Assembly: GCA_025937875.1 (NCBI GenBank)
Contig: JAICQM010000003.1
Span: 1-41,259 of the forward strand
Reading direction: 5' to 3'
DNA from: Chloroflexota bacterium
Lineage (GTDB): Bacteria > Chloroflexota > Limnocylindria > QHBO01
Length of the DNA: 41,259 nucleotides
Positions 8,527 through 17,794 of this stretch are shown in pieces (the first letter of the stretch is position 1; the number at the start of each line of letters is the position of its first letter). A model generated the notes under the pieces. It was not told where the DNA came from, did no database searches, and saw only the letters and a list, made by a program, of their open reading frames with translations. A program made the translations under genes and the position numbers.

Positions 8527-9624
8527 CTATTCCCAGCGGAACATGAACACCGCGAGCAGGAAGGCGAGCACGAGCCACACCGCCATGCCCAGCAGCTCCG
8601 GGCCGATGGTCAACAGCCCCGCGCCCTCGTTGACGACCGCCCGCAGCGCGTCGTTGACGTAGGTCAGCGGCATGAAGCCGGTGATGCCACGCAGGAACTC
8701 GGGCATGGCCTCGCGCGGGAAGAAGACGCCCGAAAGGAACATCATGGGCAGGCTGACCAGGTTGGCCACCGGCGCCGCCTGGTCCTCGTTCTTGGCCCAG
8801 CCGGCGATCGCGAAGCCCACAGCCAGGAAGATTGCCGAGCCGATGAGCACGATCACCAACAGGACCAGGTAGCTGCCGATCATCTGGAGGCCGAACCACA
8901 GGCCGACGCCGAACAGGATCGCGACCTGGGCCAGGCCGATCATCAGGCGCGACAGGACCTGCGCCGACAGGAAGTACGCGGGCGAGGTGGGCGTGGCGAA
9001 CAGGCGCCGCAGAGCGCCGGTGCGCTTGAGCTGGACGAAGCCGAACGCGACGCCGAACAGGCCGAGCTGCATGATCGTCATGCCCACGATTCCCGGCACC
9101 AGGAAGTCGATATAGCCGAGATCGCGGGTCTCCACCTGCTGGAAGTCGAGCGGCGGCACGAACCCGGCGCCGCCACCGCCACCGCCGGCCGGAGCGAAGA
9201 TGGCCTGCCCGACGGCCTGCTGGAGCAGGCCCTGCGCGACCTGGGCCTGTGCCGGATCGGCGTTGCCGGCGTACGCGATCAGCCCCGACGCCGCACCCGG
9301 GGCCGGTGGTGCCCAATCGGGCGGGATGATGATCACGTTGCCGCGGTCGCCATCGGCGAGGGCGGCGAGCTCCGCGTCGCGATCGCCCTCGGTCAGGACG
9401 ATGTACTCGTATTCGCCCAGGCGATCGACCAGCGACGCGCTCGCCTCGTTCTGGGCCTCGTCGACGATGCCGACGTTGAGCTCCGTGCTGCCCTCGAAGT
9501 TCAGGACGCCGAAGATCAGCATGATGATCAGCGGCAGGAAGAGGCTGAAGAACACGGCCGCCCGGTTGCGGATGAACATCTTGGCGCTGGCGACGAAGAG
9601 GGCCCAGAGGACACCGATGCGCAT
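8527..9624 (-). CDS. ABC-2 type exporter permease
   Basis: YIDFLVPGIVGM, PMMFLSGVFFP, PLTYVNDALR; 6 TM plus extracellular loop. Confidence 0.9.
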   Translation of the reverse strand: MRIGVLWALFVASAKMFIRNRAAVFFSLFLPLIIMLIFGVLNFEGSTELNVGIVDEAQNEASASLVDRLGEYEYIVLTEGDRDAELAALADGDRGNVIIIPPDWAPPAPGAASGLIAYAGNADPAQAQVAQGLLQQAVGQAIFAPAGGGGGGAGFVPPLDFQQVETRDLGYIDFLVPGIVGMTIMQLGLFGVAFGFVQLKRTGALRRLFATPTSPAYFLSAQVLSRLMIGLAQVAILFGVGLWFGLQMIGSYLVLLVIVLIGSAIFLAVGFAIAGWAKNEDQAAPVANLVSLPMMFLSGVFFPREAMPEFLRGITGFMPLTYVNDALRAVVNEGAGLLTIGPELLGMAVWLVLAFLLAVFMFRWE

Positions 9625-9628
9625 CGGT

Positions 9629-10438
9629 CTACTCGCCCTCTCGCAGGTCGTGACCGGTGAGGTCGATGAAGACGTCCTCGAGGTTGGCGAGGCGCTCCAC
9701 GCGAGCCTTGGTGAAGCCGCGCGCGACGAGCTGGTCGACGAGCGCCTGCGGCGTGTCGAGGGCGATGATCCTGCCACCGTCCATGATCGCGACCCGGTCG
9801 CAGAGCTCCTCGGCCTCCTCCATGTAGTGCGTCGTCAGGACCACCGTGTGGCCACGCTCCTGGAGGGTGCGCACGAGGGCCCACAGGTGGCGCCGCGCCT
9901 GTGGGTCGAGGCCGGTCGTCGGTTCGTCCAGGAACAGGACGCGCGGCTGGTTGACGAGCGCCGAGGCGATGCTGAAGCGCTGTTTCTGGCCGCCGGACAG
10001 GGTGCGTACCTGGGAGCGGGCCTTCTCGGTCAGCTCGACGTCGGCCAGCAAGGCCGCCGTGTCGACCTCGCGACCGTACAGGCGACCGAACAGGTGCAGC
10101 AGCTCCTCCAGGTTGAGCTCATCGAAGAAGGCCGATGCCTGGAGCTGGATACCGATGCGCCGCTTGACCTCGCGCGGGTTGGCGCGCACGTCGACGCCGT
10201 CGATGGTCGCCTCACCGGAGTCGATGGGCCGCATGCCCTCGATCATCTCGAGCGTCGTGGTCTTGCCGGCCCCATTGGGGCCGAGGATCCCGAAGACCTC
10301 GCCCTCGGCAACCTCGAAGCTCACCCCATCGACCGCGGTCAGCGATCCGTAGCGCTTGCGAAGGTCCTTGACGGTGATGATGGGCCGACCGTTCGGCGCG
10401 CGCGCGGCGGCGAGGTCGACGGAGCTCGGGGCTGTCAT
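9629..10438 (-). CDS. ABC transporter ATP-binding protein (DrrA-like)
   Basis: GPNGAGKT, LSGGQ, FLDEPT, TTH; start 10438 or 10450. Confidence 0.93.
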   Translation of the reverse strand: MTAPSSVDLAAARAPNGRPIITVKDLRKRYGSLTAVDGVSFEVAEGEVFGILGPNGAGKTTTLEMIEGMRPIDSGEATIDGVDVRANPREVKRRIGIQLQASAFFDELNLEELLHLFGRLYGREVDTAALLADVELTEKARSQVRTLSGGQKQRFSIASALVNQPRVLFLDEPTTGLDPQARRHLWALVRTLQERGHTVVLTTHYMEEAEELCDRVAIMDGGRIIALDTPQALVDQLVARGFTKARVERLANLEDVFIDLTGHDLREGE

Positions 10439-10462
10439 GGAAGGCAGCATCCTACCGCATGC

Positions 10463-11857
10463 TCACCCCTCCGCGCGCCAGATCCGCCACAACGCCGCTG
10501 GATCGGAGAGTGGGTCGCCGTGGACGAAGAAGAAGTCGGCCGGACCGCCCTCGCGGATCACACCTGCGTCGGGCTCGCCGAGGAGCTCGCCGCCACGCCA
10601 CGTCGCCGCGGACAGGGCCTCGACCGGCTCGAGGCCGGCGCTCACGAGCGCCTCGACCTCCCACGCCAGCTGCCCGGCACGCGGTGAGCCGCCCCCGAAG
10701 TCGGTGCCGGCGGCGATCGCAACCCCGGCGTCCCGGGCCAGCCGCACGCTGGCCTCCGCCCGCTCGAGCCGCTCGGCATGGCCCGCACGACCGTTGACGA
10801 AGAGGCGCAGGTCGGTCGTCGCCGCGAACGAGATCCAGGAGTGGAAGACGGTCAGCGTGGTGACCAGCATCGTGCCGGCCGCGGCCATCTGGGCGGCGAC
10901 GCCGGCATCGAGCACGAAGCCGTGCTCGATTGCGTCGACCCCGCCAGCCACCGCGGTGCGCGCCGCGTCGAGATGGCCGGCGTGAGCCGTGACCCGCGCC
11001 TCGCGGCCATGCGCCGCATCGACGACGCGCCGCACCTCGGTGGGACTCCACGGCGCAACGCCCGGCTCGGGGCCGTCCAGGTAGAGCTTGACGAGGTCGG
11101 CCCCGGCGTCGAGCTGGCCCAGTGCCGCCCCCAGCAGCTCGTCCGCGTTGTCGGCCTCGACCGCGCCGCTCACCGCCGAGCTGCCGCGCCGCATGACCCA
11201 GGCGCCGGCGGCGCGGAGGTACGGGACGTCGCGGCGGCCCGCCCATCGGTCGCGGACGCCCAGCGCCAACGCCCGCTGCCGGCCGTCCTGCGGGTCGAGG
11301 CCGATCGGTGAGCCGACGTCCCGCAGCCACCGGACCCCGGCATCCCACGCGGCGCGCCCGTTGGCCTCCGCCACCTCCAGCAGCGTCGCCGGGTCGTCGG
11401 CGAAGCGCTCGATCCAGTGCGCACCGCCCTGCCCGGTGACATGGCTGTGGCCGTCGATCATGCCCGGCACCATCGTCGCGCCGGATGCGTCCACGATCCT
11501 CGCGTCGCCGGGGTCGTTCTCGCCGCCCGTGGGCCGGATCCAGGCGATCCGCCCATCCTCGACCAGCACGCTGACCGGCCGCTGGAGTGTCGCGCTCCGC
11601 CCGTCGGCGAGCGCCGCCCCGCGGTAGAGGACGCGTCCCGCGGCGATCGGGCGGCTCGGCCGGGCGGTGGGCACGGGCGTGGGTGTGGGCGCCGGCGTCC
11701 GAACTGCACTGCCCGCCGGCGTGCCGATCACCGAAGTCCGCGGACTCGCCGACAGCGACGGCACCACCTGCGCGCACGCGGCCAGGACCGCGGGCAGGCC
11801 CAGGCCAGCACCCAGCTGAAGCAGGCGGCGCCGGCTGAGCCGCGTCGGCGGTTCCAT
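10463..11857 (-). CDS. Amidohydrolase family protein with Tat and lipoprotein signal
   Basis: PGMIDGHSH, VKLY, AHA, IEHG, GTD, PADF; N-terminal SRRRLL and LAAC lipobox; Pro/Thr linker. Confidence 0.88.
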   Translation of the reverse strand: MEPPTRLSRRRLLQLGAGLGLPAVLAACAQVVPSLSASPRTSVIGTPAGSAVRTPAPTPTPVPTARPSRPIAAGRVLYRGAALADGRSATLQRPVSVLVEDGRIAWIRPTGGENDPGDARIVDASGATMVPGMIDGHSHVTGQGGAHWIERFADDPATLLEVAEANGRAAWDAGVRWLRDVGSPIGLDPQDGRQRALALGVRDRWAGRRDVPYLRAAGAWVMRRGSSAVSGAVEADNADELLGAALGQLDAGADLVKLYLDGPEPGVAPWSPTEVRRVVDAAHGREARVTAHAGHLDAARTAVAGGVDAIEHGFVLDAGVAAQMAAAGTMLVTTLTVFHSWISFAATTDLRLFVNGRAGHAERLERAEASVRLARDAGVAIAAGTDFGGGSPRAGQLAWEVEALVSAGLEPVEALSAATWRGGELLGEPDAGVIREGGPADFFFVHGDPLSDPAALWRIWRAEG

Positions 11858-11922
11858 CCGTGCAGCCTACGCCGCGGGCCGGGGGGAGGGTAAATCGATC
11901 GGGCGGACGCTACAGTGCGGCC

Positions 11923-12561
11923 ATGACCGCTCGTCGTGGCCGGGGCCGCCCTGCCCATCCCGACGTCCTCACGCCCGCCGAGTGGGAGGTGCTCGACTGG
12001 CTGCGCCACGGCCTCAGCCGGCGGCGCATCGCCCGCCGGCGCGGCACGAGCCTCGACGCGGTCAAGTACCACCTCGGCAACATCGCCGCCAAGCTCGGGG
12101 TCGAGGGCACAGCGGCCCTTCGCGCCTGGCCCGGCATCCCCGCGGACAGTATCCGCAGCCACGAGGAGACGCCATCCATGACCGACGCCCCTGCCTTCCG
12201 CTCCCTGGGCCAGGTCTCGCTGCTCGCGCTCGACATCGCCCGGGCCGAGGCCTTCTACCGCGAAACGCTGCGGCTGCCGCACGTCTTCACCTTCGGCGAC
12301 CTCGCCTTCTTCGCCGTCGGGGAGACGCGCATCTTCCTCCGCGCCGTGCCGGCCGACGAATGGCGTCCGGGCTCGATTCTCTATCTCACCGTCGACGAGA
12401 TCGGCACCGCCCACGCGTACCTCGGCGCCGCCGGCGTCACGTTCTCCGGCGCCCCGCACCGGATCCACACCCATGACGACGGCACCGAGGAGTGGATGGC
12501 GTTCTTCGACGATTCGGAGGGCAACACGTTGGCGCTCATGTCGCGCGTCGCGCCAACCTAG
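11923..12561 (+). CDS. LuxR-type HTH fused to VOC/glyoxalase domain
   Basis: LTPAEWEVL..GLS..IA..S..AVKYHL.NI..KLG; then LGQVSL..AFY..MAFFDDSEGNTLALM; TACAGT 6 nt upstream. Confidence 0.85.
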   Translation: MTARRGRGRPAHPDVLTPAEWEVLDWLRHGLSRRRIARRRGTSLDAVKYHLGNIAAKLGVEGTAALRAWPGIPADSIRSHEETPSMTDAPAFRSLGQVSLLALDIARAEAFYRETLRLPHVFTFGDLAFFAVGETRIFLRAVPADEWRPGSILYLTVDEIGTAHAYLGAAGVTFSGAPHRIHTHDDGTEEWMAFFDDSEGNTLALMSRVAPT

Positions 12562-13757
12562 ACGAGGCTCCGGTACAGGTCGACGGTCGCCTCGGCGATG
12601 GCCGCCCAGCTGAACCGCTCCACGGCGCGCCGGCGGCCCGCGCGGCCCATCGCGGTACGGGCCGGCGGATCGGCCATCAGCGCATTGATGGCGCCGGCCA
12701 GGTTGCGCTCGAAGCGATCCGCGTCGGCCGGTTGCATCGGATCCGCGTCCGAAAGCTCGACCGGGACCAGGAGGCCGGTCTCGCCATCGACGATGACCTC
12801 GGGGATGCCGCCCACCGCCGAGGCCACCACTGGCGTCTCACACGCGCCCGCCTCGAGGTTGATGATCCCGAACGGCTCGTAGACCGACGGGCAGCAGAAG
12901 ACCGCGGCGTGCGAGTACAGCTGCCGAACGTCCTCGCGGCTGACCATCTCGGGGATCCAGACCACGTTGGGGCGCGTCGACCGGGCCGCCTCGACGCCGG
13001 CCGTCATCTCGGCCGCGATCTCCGGCGTGTCCGGCTGGCCGGCGCAGAGCACGACCCCGAACCCGGGGTCGAGATGCTGGATCGCCCGCACCAGGTGCAC
13101 GATCCCCTTCTGGCGCGTGATGCGGCCCACGAACAGGACGTACGGCACCGATGGATCGACGCCATGGCGGTCCAGCGCATCGGTCTCGCGTACGGGGTGG
13201 AAGAACTCCGCGTCCACCCCGTTGCCGATCACGTGGACCCGCTCCGTGGCGATCGGGAAGTGGCGCAGGATGTCGCCCCGTGTTCCTTCGCTCACGGCGA
13301 TCACCGCATCGGCCATGGTCAGCGCGGTGCGCTCGACCCACGCAGATACGTCATATCCCCCGCCGAGCTGCTCGCGCTTCCACGGCCGCAGCGGCTCCAG
13401 GGAATGGACGGTGACCACCAGCGGCAGGCCATACGCGAGCTTGGCCAGCACGGCTGCAAGGTGGACATACCAGGTGTGCGCGTGGACGAGGTCTGCATCG
13501 ACTGGGTCGGTCACCATCGCCACGTCGCGCGACAGGGCGGCTGAGAGCGGCCGCAGCTGCGGCAGCGGCTCCGGCAGGCCCGTGGCCGGTGGGTAGCCGC
13601 GCACGCGCCATCCCGGCTCGGTCGTGTCGTGCTCGCCGAAGGTCCGGATGTCGAGCTCGATGAGCGTGCGAAGGGCCCGCGTCAGCTCGCCGACATGGAC
13701 GCCGGCCCCGCCGTAGATCGAGGGCGGAAACTCGTTGGTGAGGATCAGCGCACGCAT
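12558..13757 (-). CDS. glgM: GT4 glycosyltransferase, actinobacterial-type GlgA/GlgM (alpha-maltose-1-phosphate synthase-like)
   Basis: TNEFPPSIYGGAGVHV, HAHTWY, HSLEPLRPWKREQLGGGY, GRITRQKG, EPFGIINLEA. Confidence 0.85.
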   Translation of the reverse strand: MRALILTNEFPPSIYGGAGVHVGELTRALRTLIELDIRTFGEHDTTEPGWRVRGYPPATGLPEPLPQLRPLSAALSRDVAMVTDPVDADLVHAHTWYVHLAAVLAKLAYGLPLVVTVHSLEPLRPWKREQLGGGYDVSAWVERTALTMADAVIAVSEGTRGDILRHFPIATERVHVIGNGVDAEFFHPVRETDALDRHGVDPSVPYVLFVGRITRQKGIVHLVRAIQHLDPGFGVVLCAGQPDTPEIAAEMTAGVEAARSTRPNVVWIPEMVSREDVRQLYSHAAVFCCPSVYEPFGIINLEAGACETPVVASAVGGIPEVIVDGETGLLVPVELSDADPMQPADADRFERNLAGAINALMADPPARTAMGRAGRRRAVERFSWAAIAEATVDLYRSLV

Positions 13758-13814
13758 CGGCGCTCACCGTAGCACCCACCGAACGCGCCGCCGTCGTCTC
13801 GTGGCCGACGGCCC

Positions 13815-14210
13815 TCAGGCCACCTCGTCGAGGAGCCGCTCGAACCGCGCCAGGTCGAACGGCTTGCCGAGCACCGGTGCCAGGCGACCGATCTCGCGCC
13901 GCCTGGTCGGCTCGGCGGCGGTGCAGAAGATGATCGGTGTCCGCCGCAGGCGGGTGCTGCTCCGGACCTCGATCGCGAAGTCGCCGCCGCGCCCGTCCGG
14001 CAGCTCATCGTCGAGGATGATGACGTCGGGCACATCGCGCTCGAGAGCCGCTCGCAGCGACCGGAGGGTCGCGAAGCGCTCGCTCTCCCAACCCAGCTCC
14101 AACGCCACGTCGCCCAGCAGGCGTCGCGTGGCCGGGTCGTCGTCGACGACGAATGCCCGGCGGCGCGTGTGAGCGCGGCGGGCGGCTGCGAGGGATTCGG
14201 TGAGCGACAC
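13815..14210 (-). CDS. Single-domain response regulator receiver
   Basis: VVDDD, IILDDELPDG, IFCTA, KPFD; start (GTG 14210) uncertain. Confidence 0.85.
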   Translation of the reverse strand: MSLTESLAAARRAHTRRRAFVVDDDPATRRLLGDVALELGWESERFATLRSLRAALERDVPDVIILDDELPDGRGGDFAIEVRSSTRLRRTPIIFCTAAEPTRRREIGRLAPVLGKPFDLARFERLLDEVA

Positions 14211-14268
14211 GATGCTGCATGTGTCCTGTCTGCGTTCGACACCGGGGGCGCCGTTTACCTCGGATGCA

Positions 14269-14284
14269 TGCAAGGCGCTTGCCG
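14269..14284 (-). promoter_or_regulatory. sigma54-like -24/-12 element CGGCAAGCGCCTTGCA
   Basis: GG-N10-GC with TTGCA; upstream of receiver and glgM. Confidence 0.55.
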
Positions 14285-14322
14285 CGGCGTGCCCATCGTC
14301 CCGCTGCTAGGCTGCGCGGTGC

Positions 14323-15246
14323 ATGTCGCTGATTGCCACTCGAGCCCTCACCAAGCGCTACGGCAGCGCCGTCACGGCCCTCGACGACCTCACCCTGGAC
14401 GTCGAGCCGGGGATCATCGGCCTGGTGGGCGCCAACGGTGCCGGCAAGAGCACGCTGCTCAAGATCCTGCTCGGTCTCCTCGAGCCCACCAGCGGCGAAG
14501 CCACGGTCCTCGACCTCGACGTGCGGCACGACGGATCGAAGATTCGAGGGCTGGTGGGCTACATGCCGGAGCACGACTGCCTGCCTCCCGACCTGTCGGC
14601 GACCGAGTTCGTGACCCACATGGCACAGATGTCGGGCCTCCCTCGCAGCGCCGCCCGCGAGCGGACCGCCGACGTCCTGCGCCACGTCGGGCTGTACGAG
14701 GAGCGTTACCGGCCCATCAGCGGCTATTCGACCGGCATGAAGCAGCGGGTCAAGCTCGCGCAGGCCCTGGTCCACGATCCGCGGCTCCTGCTCCTCGATG
14801 AGCCGACCAACGGTCTGGACCCGGCGGGCCGGGACGAGATGCTGGAGCTCGTGCGCCGAACCGGCAGCGAGTTCGGCATCGCCACCATCGTGGCCAGCCA
14901 CCTCCTCGGCGAGATCGAGCGAGTGTGCACCTTCCTGCTGGCCATCGACGCCGGCCGCCTCCTGCGCGCCGCCCCGCTGGCCAGCTTCACCGAGCGCACC
15001 GGGACGCTCATGGTCGAGGTCGAAGAGGGTGCCGATGCCCTTGCCGCCCGCCTCGGCGAGGTCGGGGCGACGGCCGAGGTCGACGGGCGCACGGTCCTCG
15101 TCGATCTCCCCGACGAGACGCCCTATGACCTGCTGCGCGACGCGGTGGCCGACCTCGGCCTGGCCCTGACCCGCATGGAGCAACGCCGCGGACGCCTCGA
15201 GGACCTCTTCCGCGACGAGCCGGGAGGCCGGACCGATGCCGCCTGA
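14323..15246 (+). CDS. ABC transporter ATP-binding protein
   Basis: GANGAGKS, YSTGMKQR, LLDEPT, ASH. Confidence 0.92.
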   Translation: MSLIATRALTKRYGSAVTALDDLTLDVEPGIIGLVGANGAGKSTLLKILLGLLEPTSGEATVLDLDVRHDGSKIRGLVGYMPEHDCLPPDLSATEFVTHMAQMSGLPRSAARERTADVLRHVGLYEERYRPISGYSTGMKQRVKLAQALVHDPRLLLLDEPTNGLDPAGRDEMLELVRRTGSEFGIATIVASHLLGEIERVCTFLLAIDAGRLLRAAPLASFTERTGTLMVEVEEGADALAARLGEVGATAEVDGRTVLVDLPDETPYDLLRDAVADLGLALTRMEQRRGRLEDLFRDEPGGRTDAA

Positions 15247-16144
15247 AACCTCCGCCGCCACCCCCGGCATCCCCGCCGCCAGCGAGATCTACGACATCGG
15301 CTACCGGGGCTACGACGGGCCGCGCCTCGGCCGCGTCTACGCCACCTGGTCGCTGTTCCTCGCCAGCCTGCGAGCCGCCTTCGGGCTCGGCCGTCCGGCC
15401 CGTGCCAAGATCGCACCGTGGGGCCTTGCCGCGATCGCGATCATTCCGGCCGGCGTCTCGCTCGCCATCGCCGCCAGCGTGGGCGCCGAGTTCTCGCCGT
15501 TCAGCTACGACAACTACCTGTGGCAGATGCAGGCCATCTTCGGGCTGTTCGTGGCGGCCCAGGCGCCGGAGCTGGTCGGAGGCGACCAACGGCACCGTGT
15601 GCTGGCGCTGTACTTCAGCCACGCGCTGGAACGCCTCGACTACGTCATCGCCAAGCTCGGGGCCCTCGTGGCCGCCCTCTTCATCGTCATGGGCGCGCCG
15701 ATGCTCGTCCTCTTCTTCGGCCGCATCCTGTCGGCCACCGATCTCGTGGCGGCGTTCGGTGACGAGCTCGGATCGGTGCCGCAGGTGCTCGGCGCCCCGC
15801 TCCTGCACGCCATCGGCGTTGGCGCGGTGGCGCTGGCCATCGCAGCCTTCACACCACGTCGCGCGTACGCCACCGGCGCCATCATCGCCCTCTTCATCGT
15901 CGGATCCGGGATCGCCGAGGCCGTCGCCTTCGGGACCGACGGGCCGCTACGCGACATCGGACCGTTGATCAACCCGTTCGTCTGGCTCGACGGCACGCGA
16001 GACTGGCTGTTGGGGAGCACCGTGGCCGAGTCGCCCGTCGCCCGCAGCGGCCTGTCGCTCGCGACGTACGGGCTGATCACCCTGGTGGCCGTGCTGGTGT
16101 CGATCGGCCTGACGATCTGGCGCTACCGGAGGCTGGGCACGTGA
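15236..16144 (+). CDS. ABC transporter permease
   Basis: IYDIGYRGYDGPRLG, hydrophobic helices, operonic overlap. Confidence 0.85.
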   Translation: MPPETSAATPGIPAASEIYDIGYRGYDGPRLGRVYATWSLFLASLRAAFGLGRPARAKIAPWGLAAIAIIPAGVSLAIAASVGAEFSPFSYDNYLWQMQAIFGLFVAAQAPELVGGDQRHRVLALYFSHALERLDYVIAKLGALVAALFIVMGAPMLVLFFGRILSATDLVAAFGDELGSVPQVLGAPLLHAIGVGAVALAIAAFTPRRAYATGAIIALFIVGSGIAEAVAFGTDGPLRDIGPLINPFVWLDGTRDWLLGSTVAESPVARSGLSLATYGLITLVAVLVSIGLTIWRYRRLGT

Positions 16145-17046
16145 TCGAGCTCAGCAACGTCTCGCGCTGGTACGGCAACGTCGTGGCCGTCAACGAGGTC
16201 AGCTTCAAGGTGGAGGCGGGGGTGACGGGCCTGCTGGGGCCCAACGGCGCCGGCAAGAGCACGATCCTGCACATGGTGGCCGGGCTGCTGGCACCCTCGA
16301 CCGGGACCGTCACCGTCGGCGGTCAGCCGAGCTTCGGCAACCCGCCGGTGTACCGCCAGATCGGCCTCGTCCCGGAGCGCGAGGCGGTGTACCCGTTCCT
16401 CACCGGGCGCGAGTTCGTGCGCGCCTCGGCGCGCCTGCAGGGCCTTACCGATGCCGATGCCGCGGCGACGCGCGCCATCGAGGCGGTCGACATGCTCGCC
16501 GCCGCCGATCGCGCCATCGGTGGCTACTCCAAGGGCATGCGGCAGCGGATCAAGGTCGCCGCGGCCCTCGTCCACGAGCCGACGACGCTGATCCTCGACG
16601 AGCCGTTCAACGGCATGGACCCGCGGCAGCGGCTGCACATGATGACCCTCCTGCGTCGGATGGGGCAGGAGGGGCGCGCGATCCTGTTCTCCAGCCACAT
16701 CCTCGAAGAGGTGGAGCGGCTAGCCGAGCGTGTGCTGGTGATCGTCGCCGGCCGCCTCGCGGCGTCGGGCGACTTCCGCCAGATCCGCCGCCTGATGACG
16801 GACCGCCCACACACGTTCACCGTCCGCTCATCGGACGACCGGGCGCTGGCCGCGGTGCTCATGGCTACCCCGGCGGTAAGCGGCGTCTCGCTCGACGACG
16901 GGCTGATCAGCGTCCGCGCCTCCGACTTCGGGACGTTCAGCCGCCAGGTCGCCGTCGCCGCCCGCGACGCCCGGGTGCGCCTGTACGAGCTGCTCCCTAC
17001 CGACGAGTCGCTGGAGAGCGTCTTCTCCTACCTGGTGCGCCGATGA
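16141..17046 (+). CDS. ABC transporter ATP-binding protein
   Basis: GPNGAGKS, YSKGMRQR, ILDEPF, SSH. Confidence 0.92.
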   Translation: MIELSNVSRWYGNVVAVNEVSFKVEAGVTGLLGPNGAGKSTILHMVAGLLAPSTGTVTVGGQPSFGNPPVYRQIGLVPEREAVYPFLTGREFVRASARLQGLTDADAAATRAIEAVDMLAAADRAIGGYSKGMRQRIKVAAALVHEPTTLILDEPFNGMDPRQRLHMMTLLRRMGQEGRAILFSSHILEEVERLAERVLVIVAGRLAASGDFRQIRRLMTDRPHTFTVRSSDDRALAAVLMATPAVSGVSLDDGLISVRASDFGTFSRQVAVAARDARVRLYELLPTDESLESVFSYLVRR

Positions 17047-17792
17047 GCACCGCCGCGGTCATCGCCTCCATCACCCTGCGCCAGCTGCTCAGCCGTCGCC
17101 GCATCCTGCTGATCCTGCTACTCGGCGCGGTGCTGGTCGTGCTGGCGGTTGCCTACCGCCTCAGCGACGAGGGAACGGCGGAGGAGGCTTTGGCCTGGAC
17201 GATGGGCATGCTCGAATACCTTGGCCTGGTGACGGTGGTGCCGCTGGTGTCGCTCATCTTCGGCACCGGCACCCTCGGCTCCGAGATCGACGACGGCACC
17301 GCGGTCCACCTCCTCACCAAGCCCGTGCCACGCTGGCGGCTGGGCCTCGTCAAGTTCGCCGTCGCCGCCGTCTGCGCCGCGCTTTTGTCCGGCGTGCCGA
17401 TGCTGGTGGCCGGCCTCATCGGCTCCGGTGACGCGGGCGTCGCGATCGGCTACGGCGTGGCGGGCATGATCGGTGCGGTCGTGTACGTCGCGATCTTCAT
17501 GGCGCTCAGCCTGTTCACGTCGCGCGCCTTCGTCATTGGCCTGGGCTACATCCTCATCTGGGAGGGGCTGCTGGCCGGCCTCTTCCCGGGGATCGGGACC
17601 CTGTCGGTGCGCTGGCAGTCGACCGCCTTTGCGCAGGCCATGACCGATGCCCTGACCGACGCCCTCTCGGGGCTGGACCGGGGCCCGCCGTTGCTCACCG
17701 CGGTCGTGGCCGCCATCCTCATGGGCGGGGTGGCGCTCGTCCTGGCGCTGCGGCGCCTGCGCCGCATCGAGATCGCCGGCGAGACGGGCTAG
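17043..17792 (+). CDS. ABC transporter permease
   Basis: EIDDGT.VHLLTKPVPR, 6 TM; ATGA overlap. Confidence 0.85.
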   Translation: MSTAAVIASITLRQLLSRRRILLILLLGAVLVVLAVAYRLSDEGTAEEALAWTMGMLEYLGLVTVVPLVSLIFGTGTLGSEIDDGTAVHLLTKPVPRWRLGLVKFAVAAVCAALLSGVPMLVAGLIGSGDAGVAIGYGVAGMIGAVVYVAIFMALSLFTSRAFVIGLGYILIWEGLLAGLFPGIGTLSVRWQSTAFAQAMTDALTDALSGLDRGPPLLTAVVAAILMGGVALVLALRRLRRIEIAGETG

Positions 17793-17794
17793 CC

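Noticed and set aside
14211-14273. N-terminal extension of the receiver from TTG 14273
   Set aside because: Overlaps the predicted -12 element and adds non-domain sequence
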